The notes under the pieces: generated by a model
Seen by the model: the letters and a program-made list of their open reading frames with translations, nothing else
What the model was told of the DNA's origin: nothing
Databases searched by the model: none
Source of the DNA: Zymomonas mobilis subsp. mobilis ATCC 10988
GTDB taxonomy: Bacteria > Pseudomonadota > Alphaproteobacteria > Sphingomonadales > Sphingomonadaceae
Reading direction: 5' to 3'
DNA length: 32,000 bases
NCBI RefSeq assembly: GCF_000175255.2
Contig: NC_017262.1
Span: forward strand, 30,001 to 62,000
Shown: in pieces, positions 10,342 to 19,396 of the stretch
Position numbering within the stretch: the first letter of the stretch is position 1
How the letters are laid out: each line of letters begins with the position of its first letter
Program-made: the position numbers and the translations under genes

Positions 10342-11211
10342 ATGGGTTATAAAAAAGCACCGAAAAAGAATATCTCGCTGGCTAATCCGCGTTTTACAGA
10401 TGCCGAACTTGATCAATTATTTGAAAATGTCCTGCTAGATGATGAACCCCATCTTGAAGCCATCTGCCCTGACGGTGATCGACCTGCCTTAAAAGAGCAT
10501 GATAGCGAAGAATGTTATCGCCTTTGCTGGCAACTTCTTGAAAGAGGCGTCAATATACCGGATTTTAGACGACTGGTTTTAACGATTATCCGACGCGGTG
10601 GTACAGAGGATGCCGAAGAAAAACAGGCGTTCAAATATGCCCGCGCTCGTTTCAAACATATTCGCTTTGCTTGTGCCAATATGGATGAACGGCATCGCTA
10701 TCCATGGTCTGTCAATCTGGTAACCAGCCTGATGGGACATATGCAGGATGCGTTTAAAAATCGGCAAAAAGGCAAAACAATTTTGTGGGGCGCATTGCTT
10801 TGGGCTGCGCTGATGCCGCCTTTTTACAATATTGTGCGCTGGCAACTCGCCGATTTCAGACCTGCCAGTGTATCAAGCTTGATGACTTATTTTGCGGATC
10901 AAAATCGTAAAATCAAAACCGCCTTGAAAGATGACAAGGTCACAGGTCATAAATTCCATAATATTCGCAAAATCATCAGCCGTCGCATTTCTTTTAACGA
11001 TACCCTGCGGGTTATCCATCCGGCCAATTGGAATCACCAGATGTCTTTCTATCTGGCTACGATCAATGGCCTTATGGGCGATATGCATGACGAATTGGTC
11101 GAAAAGCAGATTCGAGGTGAACAGGACTATACCCAATTCGCTTTTCCGATACCGGATTCGATCCTTAGCCGTTTAAAAACTCTGTTAAAACTGGGTGAAA
11201 CCGGTTTTTAA
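10342..11211 (+). CDS. Soluble alpha-helical protein with CHAD-like repeated His/Arg motif (function unknown)
   Basis: 289-aa ORF starting 16 nt after the flippase stop. Two copies of a pattern resemble CHAD-domain helices: FKYARARFKHIRFACANMD ... LMGHMQDAF and FHNIRKIISRRISFNDTL ... INGLMGDMHDELV. The domain call rests on pattern recognition only. Confidence 0.55.
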   Translation: MGYKKAPKKNISLANPRFTDAELDQLFENVLLDDEPHLEAICPDGDRPALKEHDSEECYRLCWQLLERGVNIPDFRRLVLTIIRRGGTEDAEEKQAFKYARARFKHIRFACANMDERHRYPWSVNLVTSLMGHMQDAFKNRQKGKTILWGALLWAALMPPFYNIVRWQLADFRPASVSSLMTYFADQNRKIKTALKDDKVTGHKFHNIRKIISRRISFNDTLRVIHPANWNHQMSFYLATINGLMGDMHDELVEKQIRGEQDYTQFAFPIPDSILSRLKTLLKLGETGF

Positions 11212-11222
11212 TCACGACAAAT

Positions 11223-12059
11223 TTACGCCGACAGTTTTTCCCAATGTCGTCCAATGGCAATAAATTCCGCAACCGAAACGGTTTCAGGACGACGGGTTGC
11301 GTCAATGCCCGCCAATTCCAGGGCTTCCATCATATGCTCGATGTTTTTCAGGCTTTGGCGCAACATTTTCCGCCGCTGATTAAAGGCTGCTGCGGTAATT
11401 TTTTCTAACGTCCCTAGAGACAGACCTTCCGGCTGATCTTTCGGGGTTAAATGCACCACCGCAGACATCACTTTTGGCGGTGGCACAAAGGCCGAGCGAT
11501 GCACAGGAAAACTTAATTTTGCCTCGCTCCGCCATTGTGCCAGAACAGATAAACGCCCGTAATGAGGTGTCCCCACCTTGGCTGTAATGCGTTCGGCAAC
11601 CTCTTTTTGAAACATCAAGGTCAAGGAAGACCACCAAGGCTGCCATGTTTTTGCTGTCAACCAACGGATAAGAAGCGCGGTTCCAACATTATACGGTAAA
11701 TTGGCAACGATATGGACATGCTCACCCAAGACCGCTGCTTCGTCGATTTCCATCGCATCGCCGGAAATGACCTGAAGCTGATCGGGAAAATGAGCCGATA
11801 ATTCTGCCAAAGCCGGTAAGCACCGCCTATCCCGTTCTACAGCAGTCACCTTTGCTCCCGCCTTTAACAAGGCACGTGTTAGTCCTCCGGGACCCGGCCC
11901 CACTTCATAGACGGTTTTTTGCGTTAAATCTCCGGGAACACGGGCAATTCTATCTAATAGCTGGCTATCAAGAAGAAAATTTTGACCCAAGCGTTTGTCT
12001 GCCGACAACCCATGACGCGCAATGACAGCCCGCAACGGTTCAAGCGTTTGATCCAGCAT
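11223..12059 (-). CDS. rsmA: 16S rRNA (adenine1518/1519-N6)-dimethyltransferase
   Basis: 278-aa ORF with [20 protein letters not shown] and NLPYNVGT motifs. It is the last gene of the lptD-surA-pdxA-rsmA array. Confidence 0.95.
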   Translation of the reverse strand: MLDQTLEPLRAVIARHGLSADKRLGQNFLLDSQLLDRIARVPGDLTQKTVYEVGPGPGGLTRALLKAGAKVTAVERDRRCLPALAELSAHFPDQLQVISGDAMEIDEAAVLGEHVHIVANLPYNVGTALLIRWLTAKTWQPWWSSLTLMFQKEVAERITAKVGTPHYGRLSVLAQWRSEAKLSFPVHRSAFVPPPKVMSAVVHLTPKDQPEGLSLGTLEKITAAAFNQRRKMLRQSLKNIEHMMEALELAGIDATRRPETVSVAEFIAIGRHWEKLSA

Positions 12060-12069
12060 AGTGATAGGC

Positions 12070-13077
12070 TTATCCGTCTATAGAATTTTGAGCATAGGCT
12101 TGGCGATTATGGGCAGAATTGGCCGCCATCACCAAAGCCGCCACCATGGCGCCTTCATCCGCCTTATTCTTCCCAGCCAAAGGAAAAGCCGTGCCATGAT
12201 CTGGCGAGGTTCTGATAATCGGCAAGCCCAATGTTGTGTTCACACCATTATCAAAATTGATCGTTTTGATCGGGATCAAGGCTTGGTCATGGGTCGGACA
12301 TAATGCGACATCGTAAGTGGCCCGCGCCCGTGGGCTAAACAGAGTATCCGCAGCAAAGGGGCCTTTAATATCAATATTTTCGGCTTGAAGCTGCCTGATT
12401 GCAGGTTCGATACTATCGATTTCCTCGCGTCCAATCGTGCCATTTTCTCCGGCATGGGGATTTAATCCGGCAACGACAAGACGAGGGGACGGAATAGCAA
12501 AATTCCGTTTCAGATCTTCTACAGTAACCCGGGCTCGGCTGATAATCAGTTCAGGCGTTAGCTGTTCCAAAACATCACGATAGGGAATATGGATAGTCAG
12601 CGGCACCGTTCTTAAATCAGGCCCCGCCAACATCATAACCGCATCATCGGCAGCAATACCGCAGCGATTAGCCACAAATTCGGTCTGTCCCGGAAAGGTA
12701 AAACCCACCTGATAGAGTTCGGCTTTTGAAACCGGTGCGGTTACCAAAGCCGAAGCCTGTCCCTGTTTGACCAAAGCCACGCCTTTTTCAAGGGCAGCAA
12801 ACGCGACCTCAGCGCCGGCTTTATTGGGTTTACCAGGGATAATGGTTTCTTTTGAGGGGATATCCCACACCGGTAAAGCCTGATCGAAAATAGAAATCAC
12901 TTCGTTCGGATCAGTGATCGCGACCACAGGAATCGATGAAACCGCCTGAATAGAAGCCGCGCTGCCTATCGCAAAGAAAGGCATAATCTGATCGCTTTTG
13001 CGGCGTGACCATGCTTTCGCAACGATTTCAGGGCCTATACCCGATGGGTCTCCCAATGTGACAGCAAGCGGTTTCAT
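12070..13077 (-). CDS. pdxA: 4-hydroxythreonine-4-phosphate dehydrogenase
   Basis: The ATG at 13077 gives [18 protein letters not shown], the canonical PdxA N-terminus. The ORF-track start at 13089 is a TTG 4 codons upstream. Also present are [10 protein letters not shown] and [11 protein letters not shown]. Confidence 0.93.
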   Translation of the reverse strand: MKPLAVTLGDPSGIGPEIVAKAWSRRKSDQIMPFFAIGSAASIQAVSSIPVVAITDPNEVISIFDQALPVWDIPSKETIIPGKPNKAGAEVAFAALEKGVALVKQGQASALVTAPVSKAELYQVGFTFPGQTEFVANRCGIAADDAVMMLAGPDLRTVPLTIHIPYRDVLEQLTPELIISRARVTVEDLKRNFAIPSPRLVVAGLNPHAGENGTIGREEIDSIEPAIRQLQAENIDIKGPFAADTLFSPRARATYDVALCPTHDQALIPIKTINFDNGVNTTLGLPIIRTSPDHGTAFPLAGKNKADEGAMVAALVMAANSAHNRQAYAQNSIDG

Positions 13078-13118
13078 CTTCTTTTCCAATCTAACGCTAT
13101 CCGATTTTGGTACCGGAT

Positions 13119-14534
13119 TTAACGGTAATCAATAATAGCGTCACGTCTTAAATCGCGTAGATAGCGAATAGCTCTTTTATTGACTCGATCTTCCTGCAAC
13201 TGATTATGAATCTGCTGGAAATTGGGCTGTTTTGCCACTTTCGGATCATCTCGGCCGCAAACAACCAAAACACTGACGCCTTCTTGAATAGAACCAAAGG
13301 GCAAAGTCGATTCACCCACTTGCAATTTGGCGACCATATTTTGCAAAAGCGGCGGCATCGAACGAATGCTGATTTGGTCATTCGACATGACATCAGCCCC
13401 GATTTTGTGGGCGATTTCATCCACCGAGCCACAGCCTTTTAATTCTTTTGTGGCATCTCTTAATTTGGCTGTTTTCTCATCAGCCACATTTTGTGATGTG
13501 CCGGGCGGGAAATTGACATATATCTGTTTCAACGCCACGATTGCATCTTTGGGATCAATGCCCAAAATCTGCTGTTTTTCCAATAATGCCACAATAGAAA
13601 AGCCGCCGGGGGTTTCAATCGGGCCCATCAAACTTCCGACTGGCATATTTTTAACGACGGCTGCCAAGGCATCAGGCAATTGCTCTGCTTGAATAAAGCC
13701 CATATCGCCGCCTCTCGCTGCCGAAGAAGCCTCGGAATATTGGGATGCAAAGGCGCTAAAAAGCCCCATTCTTTCGTTGGTGTTACCCCGTTGCAGAATC
13801 TGGTCTTGAATTTTGTTCGCTTTGGCACGGACTTCGGCACGGTTGGTATCATTCGCAGAAAAGAAAATTTCAGCGATATGATATTCATCTTTACCCTTGG
13901 CCGCCTTCATCCGATTGATGATATTCTGAACTTCTTCATTACTGATATTAACAAAGGGTTCAACGCGGCGGCCTAACAGACGCCGCCAAGCCATATCCGC
14001 TTCAACCTGACGCTTCACCGATTTCGCTGAAGAGCCAATAGCCTGCAAATCTGCGCTAAAGGCCTCCGGCGTTTTTTTCATATTGCGCGCATAATGCTCA
14101 AAGATTTGATCCAATTCAGTCGGCGTGATGATAATATCATTGGCCTTCGCTTCTTGGATTTCCAAAGTTTCATCGATCAGATTGCGCAAAATCTGCAATC
14201 TCGCCATATTGCGATCTTCTTCAGAAATCCTGCTGACATCACCGCCAGCCGAAGCCAGAATCAAAGCAAAGCGCTGCTCAATATCCGTATTGGTAATGAT
14301 GGTGCCATTGACGATAGCCGTCGCTTTATGGACATTCGGGTTGCTTTTACCAAAAACCGTCATTTGCTGCGGTAATTTCAGCCCTAGATTATCGCTTTGT
14401 GCTAATAGGAAGGCGGGGGCAGCCACTGCCACGCCTCCCGCGAATATCATCGCGACAGTTCTTTTGATGCGTTTTTTTGAAACGGTGTATAGTTTCTGCG
14501 TTACCCGCAACTTTGTATCCTCAATGGCTTCCAC
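13119..14534 (-). CDS. surA: Periplasmic chaperone / peptidyl-prolyl isomerase SurA-like
   Basis: 471-aa ORF with a signal-like segment (KRTVAMIFAGGVAVAAPAFLLAQS), a SurA N-domain and a parvulin-like region (GGDMGF ... GFSIVALLEK). It sits between lptD and pdxA. Confidence 0.85.
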   Translation of the reverse strand: MEAIEDTKLRVTQKLYTVSKKRIKRTVAMIFAGGVAVAAPAFLLAQSDNLGLKLPQQMTVFGKSNPNVHKATAIVNGTIITNTDIEQRFALILASAGGDVSRISEEDRNMARLQILRNLIDETLEIQEAKANDIIITPTELDQIFEHYARNMKKTPEAFSADLQAIGSSAKSVKRQVEADMAWRRLLGRRVEPFVNISNEEVQNIINRMKAAKGKDEYHIAEIFFSANDTNRAEVRAKANKIQDQILQRGNTNERMGLFSAFASQYSEASSAARGGDMGFIQAEQLPDALAAVVKNMPVGSLMGPIETPGGFSIVALLEKQQILGIDPKDAIVALKQIYVNFPPGTSQNVADEKTAKLRDATKELKGCGSVDEIAHKIGADVMSNDQISIRSMPPLLQNMVAKLQVGESTLPFGSIQEGVSVLVVCGRDDPKVAKQPNFQQIHNQLQEDRVNKRAIRYLRDLRRDAIIDYR

Positions 14535-14652
14535 AAGACTTCACCTTTATATGGGGAAGCACGTTGGTTTTGAAAATGAAAAATACTTTTTTCACTATAA
14601 ATTTTAAGCAAAATCTCAAGATAGGCAGCTTTCTTCTGCCTAATGCCCAAGG

Positions 14653-16977
14653 CTAACTATTCATATTCTTAAGGGCAAATCGCAGCATGAAACTATTACC
14701 ACGGCGGGAATCCCCGACCGTTGAATAATCGCGCCGCCATGTCACACCCAAAGTCAGACAGTTATCGTCATATTCGATGCCCAAACGATGCCGGACAGGC
14801 TGGAAACCATCAGACAAAAGGCTGCTGTTGGTATTATTATAGAGATCCGCCTGCTGCTGGTTAGCGCGCTGATCTTTCTTGGTGGTCATATCGACCGTGG
14901 TCGAACCAAAAATAGACCAATAATGGGAAATCTGAATACGCCCACCCAGACGCAATTCTCGATAGTTACCCAAATCAGGTTCCAACTGGGTATCAATATC
15001 ACGGCTCAATTGGAGATAACCCACCATAAGATAGGTGCGCTTACTACCGATTGTGGCATTCACTTCCTGACGACGGATAGCCAATGTCTTGCGGTCAAGG
15101 CGAATACGCTCTGTTAATTTAAAGAAAGAACCATAGCTTAAAGTCGCACGACCGACATAGTCAGAGAAGCGGCGATTAAATCCGGTACCCTGCGGGAAGA
15201 TTTCATCTTCGGTAATAATCCGCATACTCTGTCCGACATTGCCATAAAAAGAAAACATCGGACGATGGAAGGTATATTCACCGCCATAGGTCACACGCGT
15301 GCCATCTTCCCAACGGTCATAGCCGGGAAAGCGGTTGATTGAAAAAAGATTGGTATCCTGAAGATCGATTGACCGTGAATCCTCATCAGGAATCGATAAA
15401 TTTCTGACATGTGGCGATGTCACAATCTGGACTCTTGGGGTTAAAACCTGATTGCCGCCAAAGGCTTCGCCTGCAAACGGCCAGCTAACATCGACCGCAC
15501 CAGCGGCGATACCACGTTGCTGCCATCCGCTGGAGCCGCGATATAATTCGCTGGTCAACGCATTGCCGCTGCTATGATACAAATCTTGGCGCAACAAAGC
15601 CGTAAAGGTTACTCTTTGCCCCAAAGGTGTATATTTTCTTAAATTCCATTCCGCACTGGCAAAGGCACGCTGGGTATCTTGTCCGGTGATACGGGTCAAA
15701 TTCATGCTATTTGCTTGGAAGGAAAATTCACCCCCCAACCAAGGATCAGGCATCCGCATCCGCCAATCAATAATAGGCAAAGCCATAGGCTGGGTGCCGG
15801 AATGATCGGTTGGACGCAAACCTTGGATAACCCAACCGGCGACCGAGAAATAACTATTATCGGTAATCCGTTCAAGATTCAGCGTCGAACGCAAACGGTC
15901 ATCCCAAGCAAAGTCATAACGCCGCAAGAAGGTTTTATCAGTCGTTAATCGAATAGAGCCGGTCAAACTCCATTTGGGGTCGATCTGGAATTTACCATTG
16001 GTATTGATATATCCACGCATCTTGGAATGGGCATTGCTATCTGCAAGAGTTGGGTTTTGGGATTCCGTTGGCAAAGGCGTGCTTCGCGTCAACATGCCTT
16101 CAATCTGGAAAAATCCCTTGCTGAAAAGCTGGCGATATTTCGCGCCTAACCCCGGATCAGCTTTAGTAAAAATATAAGGGGTCAGGGTTAAATCACGGTC
16201 GGGTGCCAATCGGAAATAATAAGGGACAGAAAATTCAAAACCGTTCATTTTTGACCGCTGGATATGCGGAATCAAAAGCCCTGAACTCATGGTTGAATTT
16301 TGGTCAGGATAGGAAAAATTCGGCAATTTAAGGATCGTATGCCCCAAAACATCCAGTCTCGGAGATTTGAAAACGACTTTTTCCTTATTCGGATCACGAA
16401 TAATTTTAACCGCTGAAATGCGCCATAAAGGGGTCTTTGGACATCCCTCGTCATTGATAACGCGACAAGGGGTATAGGCCGCCATATCAAGGGTCGTCAC
16501 ATCATTGACACGGGTCGCTTTATTCGCCGCCATCCGTGACCCATTTTGCATAACCAGCAAGATATTCTGGATAACGCCATCTTTCAGATGGGGATCAAGA
16601 TCGGCCTTGTCACTATAGGATATCGTGCCATCTTCCTGAATGATGATGACGTGACCGGTTGCCGTTACTTTATCGGCTTTTCTATCCCATTGCAGCTCAT
16701 CGGCACTTAAACGCGTTTCATTTTGAACCGCATGGACTTTGCCATTTACCGTTACAATGTCATTGTCATGGTCATAGACAAGATTATCGGCTTCAAATGT
16801 AATGGGTGCCTCTTTTTTGCTACCTGCATCAGAGGTTGAAGCCTTATTGGTCGCTGTTTGATCTGAAGAAGGCGCAACCGAAGGTGGCGTGCCTGTTTCA
16901 GCCGCAGCTTGCGATAGGAAAATGCTGGACAGAATCAGCGGCATGGCCGTGAGCATGTCGGTTCTGAGATACTTCAC
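14653..16977 (-). CDS. lptD: LPS-assembly outer membrane protein LptD
   Basis: 774-aa ORF with a signal peptide (MLTAMPLILSSIFLSQAAA), an OstA-like N-domain (ITFEADNLVYDHDNDIVTVNGKVH) and a large beta-barrel region. It is in conserved synteny with surA. Confidence 0.9.
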   Translation of the reverse strand: MKYLRTDMLTAMPLILSSIFLSQAAAETGTPPSVAPSSDQTATNKASTSDAGSKKEAPITFEADNLVYDHDNDIVTVNGKVHAVQNETRLSADELQWDRKADKVTATGHVIIIQEDGTISYSDKADLDPHLKDGVIQNILLVMQNGSRMAANKATRVNDVTTLDMAAYTPCRVINDEGCPKTPLWRISAVKIIRDPNKEKVVFKSPRLDVLGHTILKLPNFSYPDQNSTMSSGLLIPHIQRSKMNGFEFSVPYYFRLAPDRDLTLTPYIFTKADPGLGAKYRQLFSKGFFQIEGMLTRSTPLPTESQNPTLADSNAHSKMRGYINTNGKFQIDPKWSLTGSIRLTTDKTFLRRYDFAWDDRLRSTLNLERITDNSYFSVAGWVIQGLRPTDHSGTQPMALPIIDWRMRMPDPWLGGEFSFQANSMNLTRITGQDTQRAFASAEWNLRKYTPLGQRVTFTALLRQDLYHSSGNALTSELYRGSSGWQQRGIAAGAVDVSWPFAGEAFGGNQVLTPRVQIVTSPHVRNLSIPDEDSRSIDLQDTNLFSINRFPGYDRWEDGTRVTYGGEYTFHRPMFSFYGNVGQSMRIITEDEIFPQGTGFNRRFSDYVGRATLSYGSFFKLTERIRLDRKTLAIRRQEVNATIGSKRTYLMVGYLQLSRDIDTQLEPDLGNYRELRLGGRIQISHYWSIFGSTTVDMTTKKDQRANQQQADLYNNTNSSLLSDGFQPVRHRLGIEYDDNCLTLGVTWRRDYSTVGDSRRGNSFMLRFALKNMNS

Positions 16978-17361
16978 ATTTCTCCTTAACGTGTAATCTT
17001 TGATTTTCCCAAAAAACAGCTTTCGGTGTCATTCCGAAAAGGCGGCTACTCTCTTGCGAACCAAAACAGGGTTGATAAGCGATAGTATATGAATAACCGT
17101 TTGATAAAATGTAATGACAGGATATTTTCTATAAGGCGCTTTGGAAAATCATACAGTAATTTTTCGTATCCAGATAAAAGAACGGGCTGTTTTTGCCTGT
17201 TTCTATCAAAAAATGAAAGCCATCTTTTCCGGTTATTATAACCCCTGACCGATAAATCAATCAGTATGTTAGATTATTTCCTTGATATTCTATTTTGATG
17301 AAATAGCTATATCCTGTAGCCTGATAAAGATGACGGCTGTTTTTGAATGAGAGTTTTAACG

Positions 17362-18846
17362 ATGGCGCTTCCTTTAAATATCGATTTTACGACTGGCAAT
17401 AGTGATAAAAAGACCCCACTGGTTATACCGGCCAAAAAGGGTTTTACAGCAGCAGATCTTTCCCGTTTTGGAGAGGAATCTCAGGCACTGGCCGCCGTTG
17501 CCCTTGAAAATGCCCGCTTTACGGGCAAGGCAGGCAGTCTGGTCGAACTGGTTCTATTGGAAAAGGGCGCGCCAAGACAATGCGTTTTAGCGGGCATCGG
17601 TGCTGATGCTGACTATGACAAGGCGGGTGCTGCGGTGGCCGCTCGTTTCCTGACTTCCGGTATTCAGGCCTTAGAAGTCGATTTTACCGGTTTTGACGCG
17701 GATAAAGCAGGCAAGGCGGCGGCATCTTTTGCCTTTGGCGCGGTTCTGCGAGGCAACAGCTTGAATGGCTATCGCACTACCTTGAAAGAGGATGAAAAAC
17801 CCAGCCTGAAAACGCTTTATTTCAGCCAGATCAATTCTGAAACCGCTGAAAAGAAATGGAAAAAACTTTCCGCTATTGCCGAAGGTATCCTTTTCACCCG
17901 TATGCTGGTGACGGAACCGGGCAATAAACTCTATCCTGAAACTTTCGTTGAACAGTGCAAAAGCCTGACGGATCTCGGTATTGAGATCGAAATTCTTGAT
18001 GAAAAAGCCTTGGAACAGGCGGGCATGGGTGCGCTTCTCGGTGTCGCTCAGGGTTCAGCCCGTGCACCGCGTTTGCTCGCTTTGCGCTGGAATGGCACGG
18101 GTAAGGCGGATTCCCGCCCAGTGGCTTTGGTTGGTAAAGGCGTAACCTTTGACAGTGGCGGTATCTCCCTGAAACCCGGCGCCGGAATGGAAGGCATGAA
18201 ATGGGATATGGGCGGTGCTGGTGCCGTTGTCGGCGCGATGAAGGCTTTGGCACTCCGTAAAGCTAAAGCCGACGTGATCGGAGTTTGTGGTCTGGTTGAA
18301 AATATGCCGGATGCCAATGCGCAACGTCCGGGCGATGTGGTTAAAACCATGTCCGGCCAAACGGTTGAAGTCATTAACACCGATGCCGAAGGCCGGTTGG
18401 TGCTTTGTGACGTTCTGACTTGGGTGCAACAGAAATATAAACCGGAAGTCGTGGTTGATCTTGCCACTTTGACGGGGGCGATGATTATCACCTTGGGTCA
18501 CGAATATGGCGGTCTTTTCTCGAATTGCGACAAATTGGCCGATAATTTGTTAAAGGCAGGACAGAAATCTGGCGATGGTTTGTGGCATTTGCCGATGGGC
18601 GATGCCTATGACAAATTGCTGGAATCCCATATTGCCGATATGAAAAATGTCGGGCCGCGTTATGGTGGTTCGATCACGGCGGCACAATTCCTTAAACGCT
18701 TTATCGAAAAAGAGGTCCGCTGGGCGCATCTTGACATTGCCGGTATGGTCTGGGCAGACAAAGCCGCATCCTTCTGGGATAAAGGCGCAACCGGTTTTGG
18801 CGTGCGTTTGTTAAACCAGTTTATTTCCGATAATTTTGAAGATTAA
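17362..18846 (+). CDS. pepA: Leucyl aminopeptidase (M17)
   Basis: Contains VGKGVTFDSGGISLKP and NTDAEGRLVLCD, the M17 signatures. The ORF is open from an ATG at 17347. The second ATG at 17362 (MALPLNIDF) is preferred only weakly. Confidence 0.9.
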   Translation: MALPLNIDFTTGNSDKKTPLVIPAKKGFTAADLSRFGEESQALAAVALENARFTGKAGSLVELVLLEKGAPRQCVLAGIGADADYDKAGAAVAARFLTSGIQALEVDFTGFDADKAGKAAASFAFGAVLRGNSLNGYRTTLKEDEKPSLKTLYFSQINSETAEKKWKKLSAIAEGILFTRMLVTEPGNKLYPETFVEQCKSLTDLGIEIEILDEKALEQAGMGALLGVAQGSARAPRLLALRWNGTGKADSRPVALVGKGVTFDSGGISLKPGAGMEGMKWDMGGAGAVVGAMKALALRKAKADVIGVCGLVENMPDANAQRPGDVVKTMSGQTVEVINTDAEGRLVLCDVLTWVQQKYKPEVVVDLATLTGAMIITLGHEYGGLFSNCDKLADNLLKAGQKSGDGLWHLPMGDAYDKLLESHIADMKNVGPRYGGSITAAQFLKRFIEKEVRWAHLDIAGMVWADKAASFWDKGATGFGVRLLNQFISDNFED

Positions 18847-18857
18847 GGCATTCTCCT

Positions 18858-19304
18858 TTGGTAGCACGGGTTGATTTTTATCATTTGCTTTCGGCAAAGC
18901 TGGAAAATATTCTGCCGCGTATTGCGGAAAAAACATTGTCCAGCGATAAAAAATTGCTGGTTGTCGTCCCCGATGACCAGCAAGCCCGCTACTGGGATGA
19001 CTATCTTTGGCGTTATGAAGATACCAGCTTTCTCCCTCATGGCAGGGTAGGCGGTGGCGATGAAGCCGAACATCCCGTTCTAATCTCGACGGCAATGGAG
19101 GCGGTCAATCAGGCAAGCTATATTGCGCTAACAGACGGATTATGGCGAGCAGAGGCCTTAAATTTCGAGAGAGTATTTTATTTTTTCGATGAAATCGCGG
19201 TGCAACAAGCTCGGCAAGCTTGGCGTTCTTTGAAAAATATCGACGGTGAATGCCATTACTGGAAACAGGATGAACAGGCGGGGCAGTGGAAGGCCATAGC
19301 CTAA
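18858..19304 (+). CDS. holC: DNA polymerase III subunit chi
   Basis: 148-aa ORF (TTG start) with VDFYHL, LLVVVPDDQQARYWDDYLW and SFLPHG, typical of HolC. It lies immediately downstream of pepA, as in many proteobacteria. Confidence 0.85.
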   Translation: MVARVDFYHLLSAKLENILPRIAEKTLSSDKKLLVVVPDDQQARYWDDYLWRYEDTSFLPHGRVGGGDEAEHPVLISTAMEAVNQASYIALTDGLWRAEALNFERVFYFFDEIAVQQARQAWRSLKNIDGECHYWKQDEQAGQWKAIA

Positions 19305-19346
19305 CAAGTAAAAAGACCTAATCGTCGCACTCGTATCCTAAAATCT

Positions 19347-19379
19347 CTTTTCAAAAGAATACCGCCTCAAAAAAGGCGG
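19347..19379 (-). terminator. Rho-independent terminator candidate for the fumarase gene
   Basis: The minus strand reads CCGCCT-TTTTTG-AGGCGG (19379-19362), followed by TATTCTTTTG. Confidence 0.5.
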
Positions 19380-19396
19380 CATCCTCAAAAATCAAT

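Noticed and set aside
14125-14607. 160-aa ORF antisense to the surA 5' half
   Set aside because: The SurA frame has a signal peptide and a parvulin pattern. The antisense ORF has neither a ribosome-binding site nor motifs, and it runs out into the intergenic region.
18048-18501. Two overlapping 147- and 148-aa ORFs antisense to pepA
   Set aside because: They are embedded in the conserved M17 catalytic region of pepA on the other strand. Their Pro/Ser/Thr/Arg-rich, low-complexity translations are typical of antisense frames.
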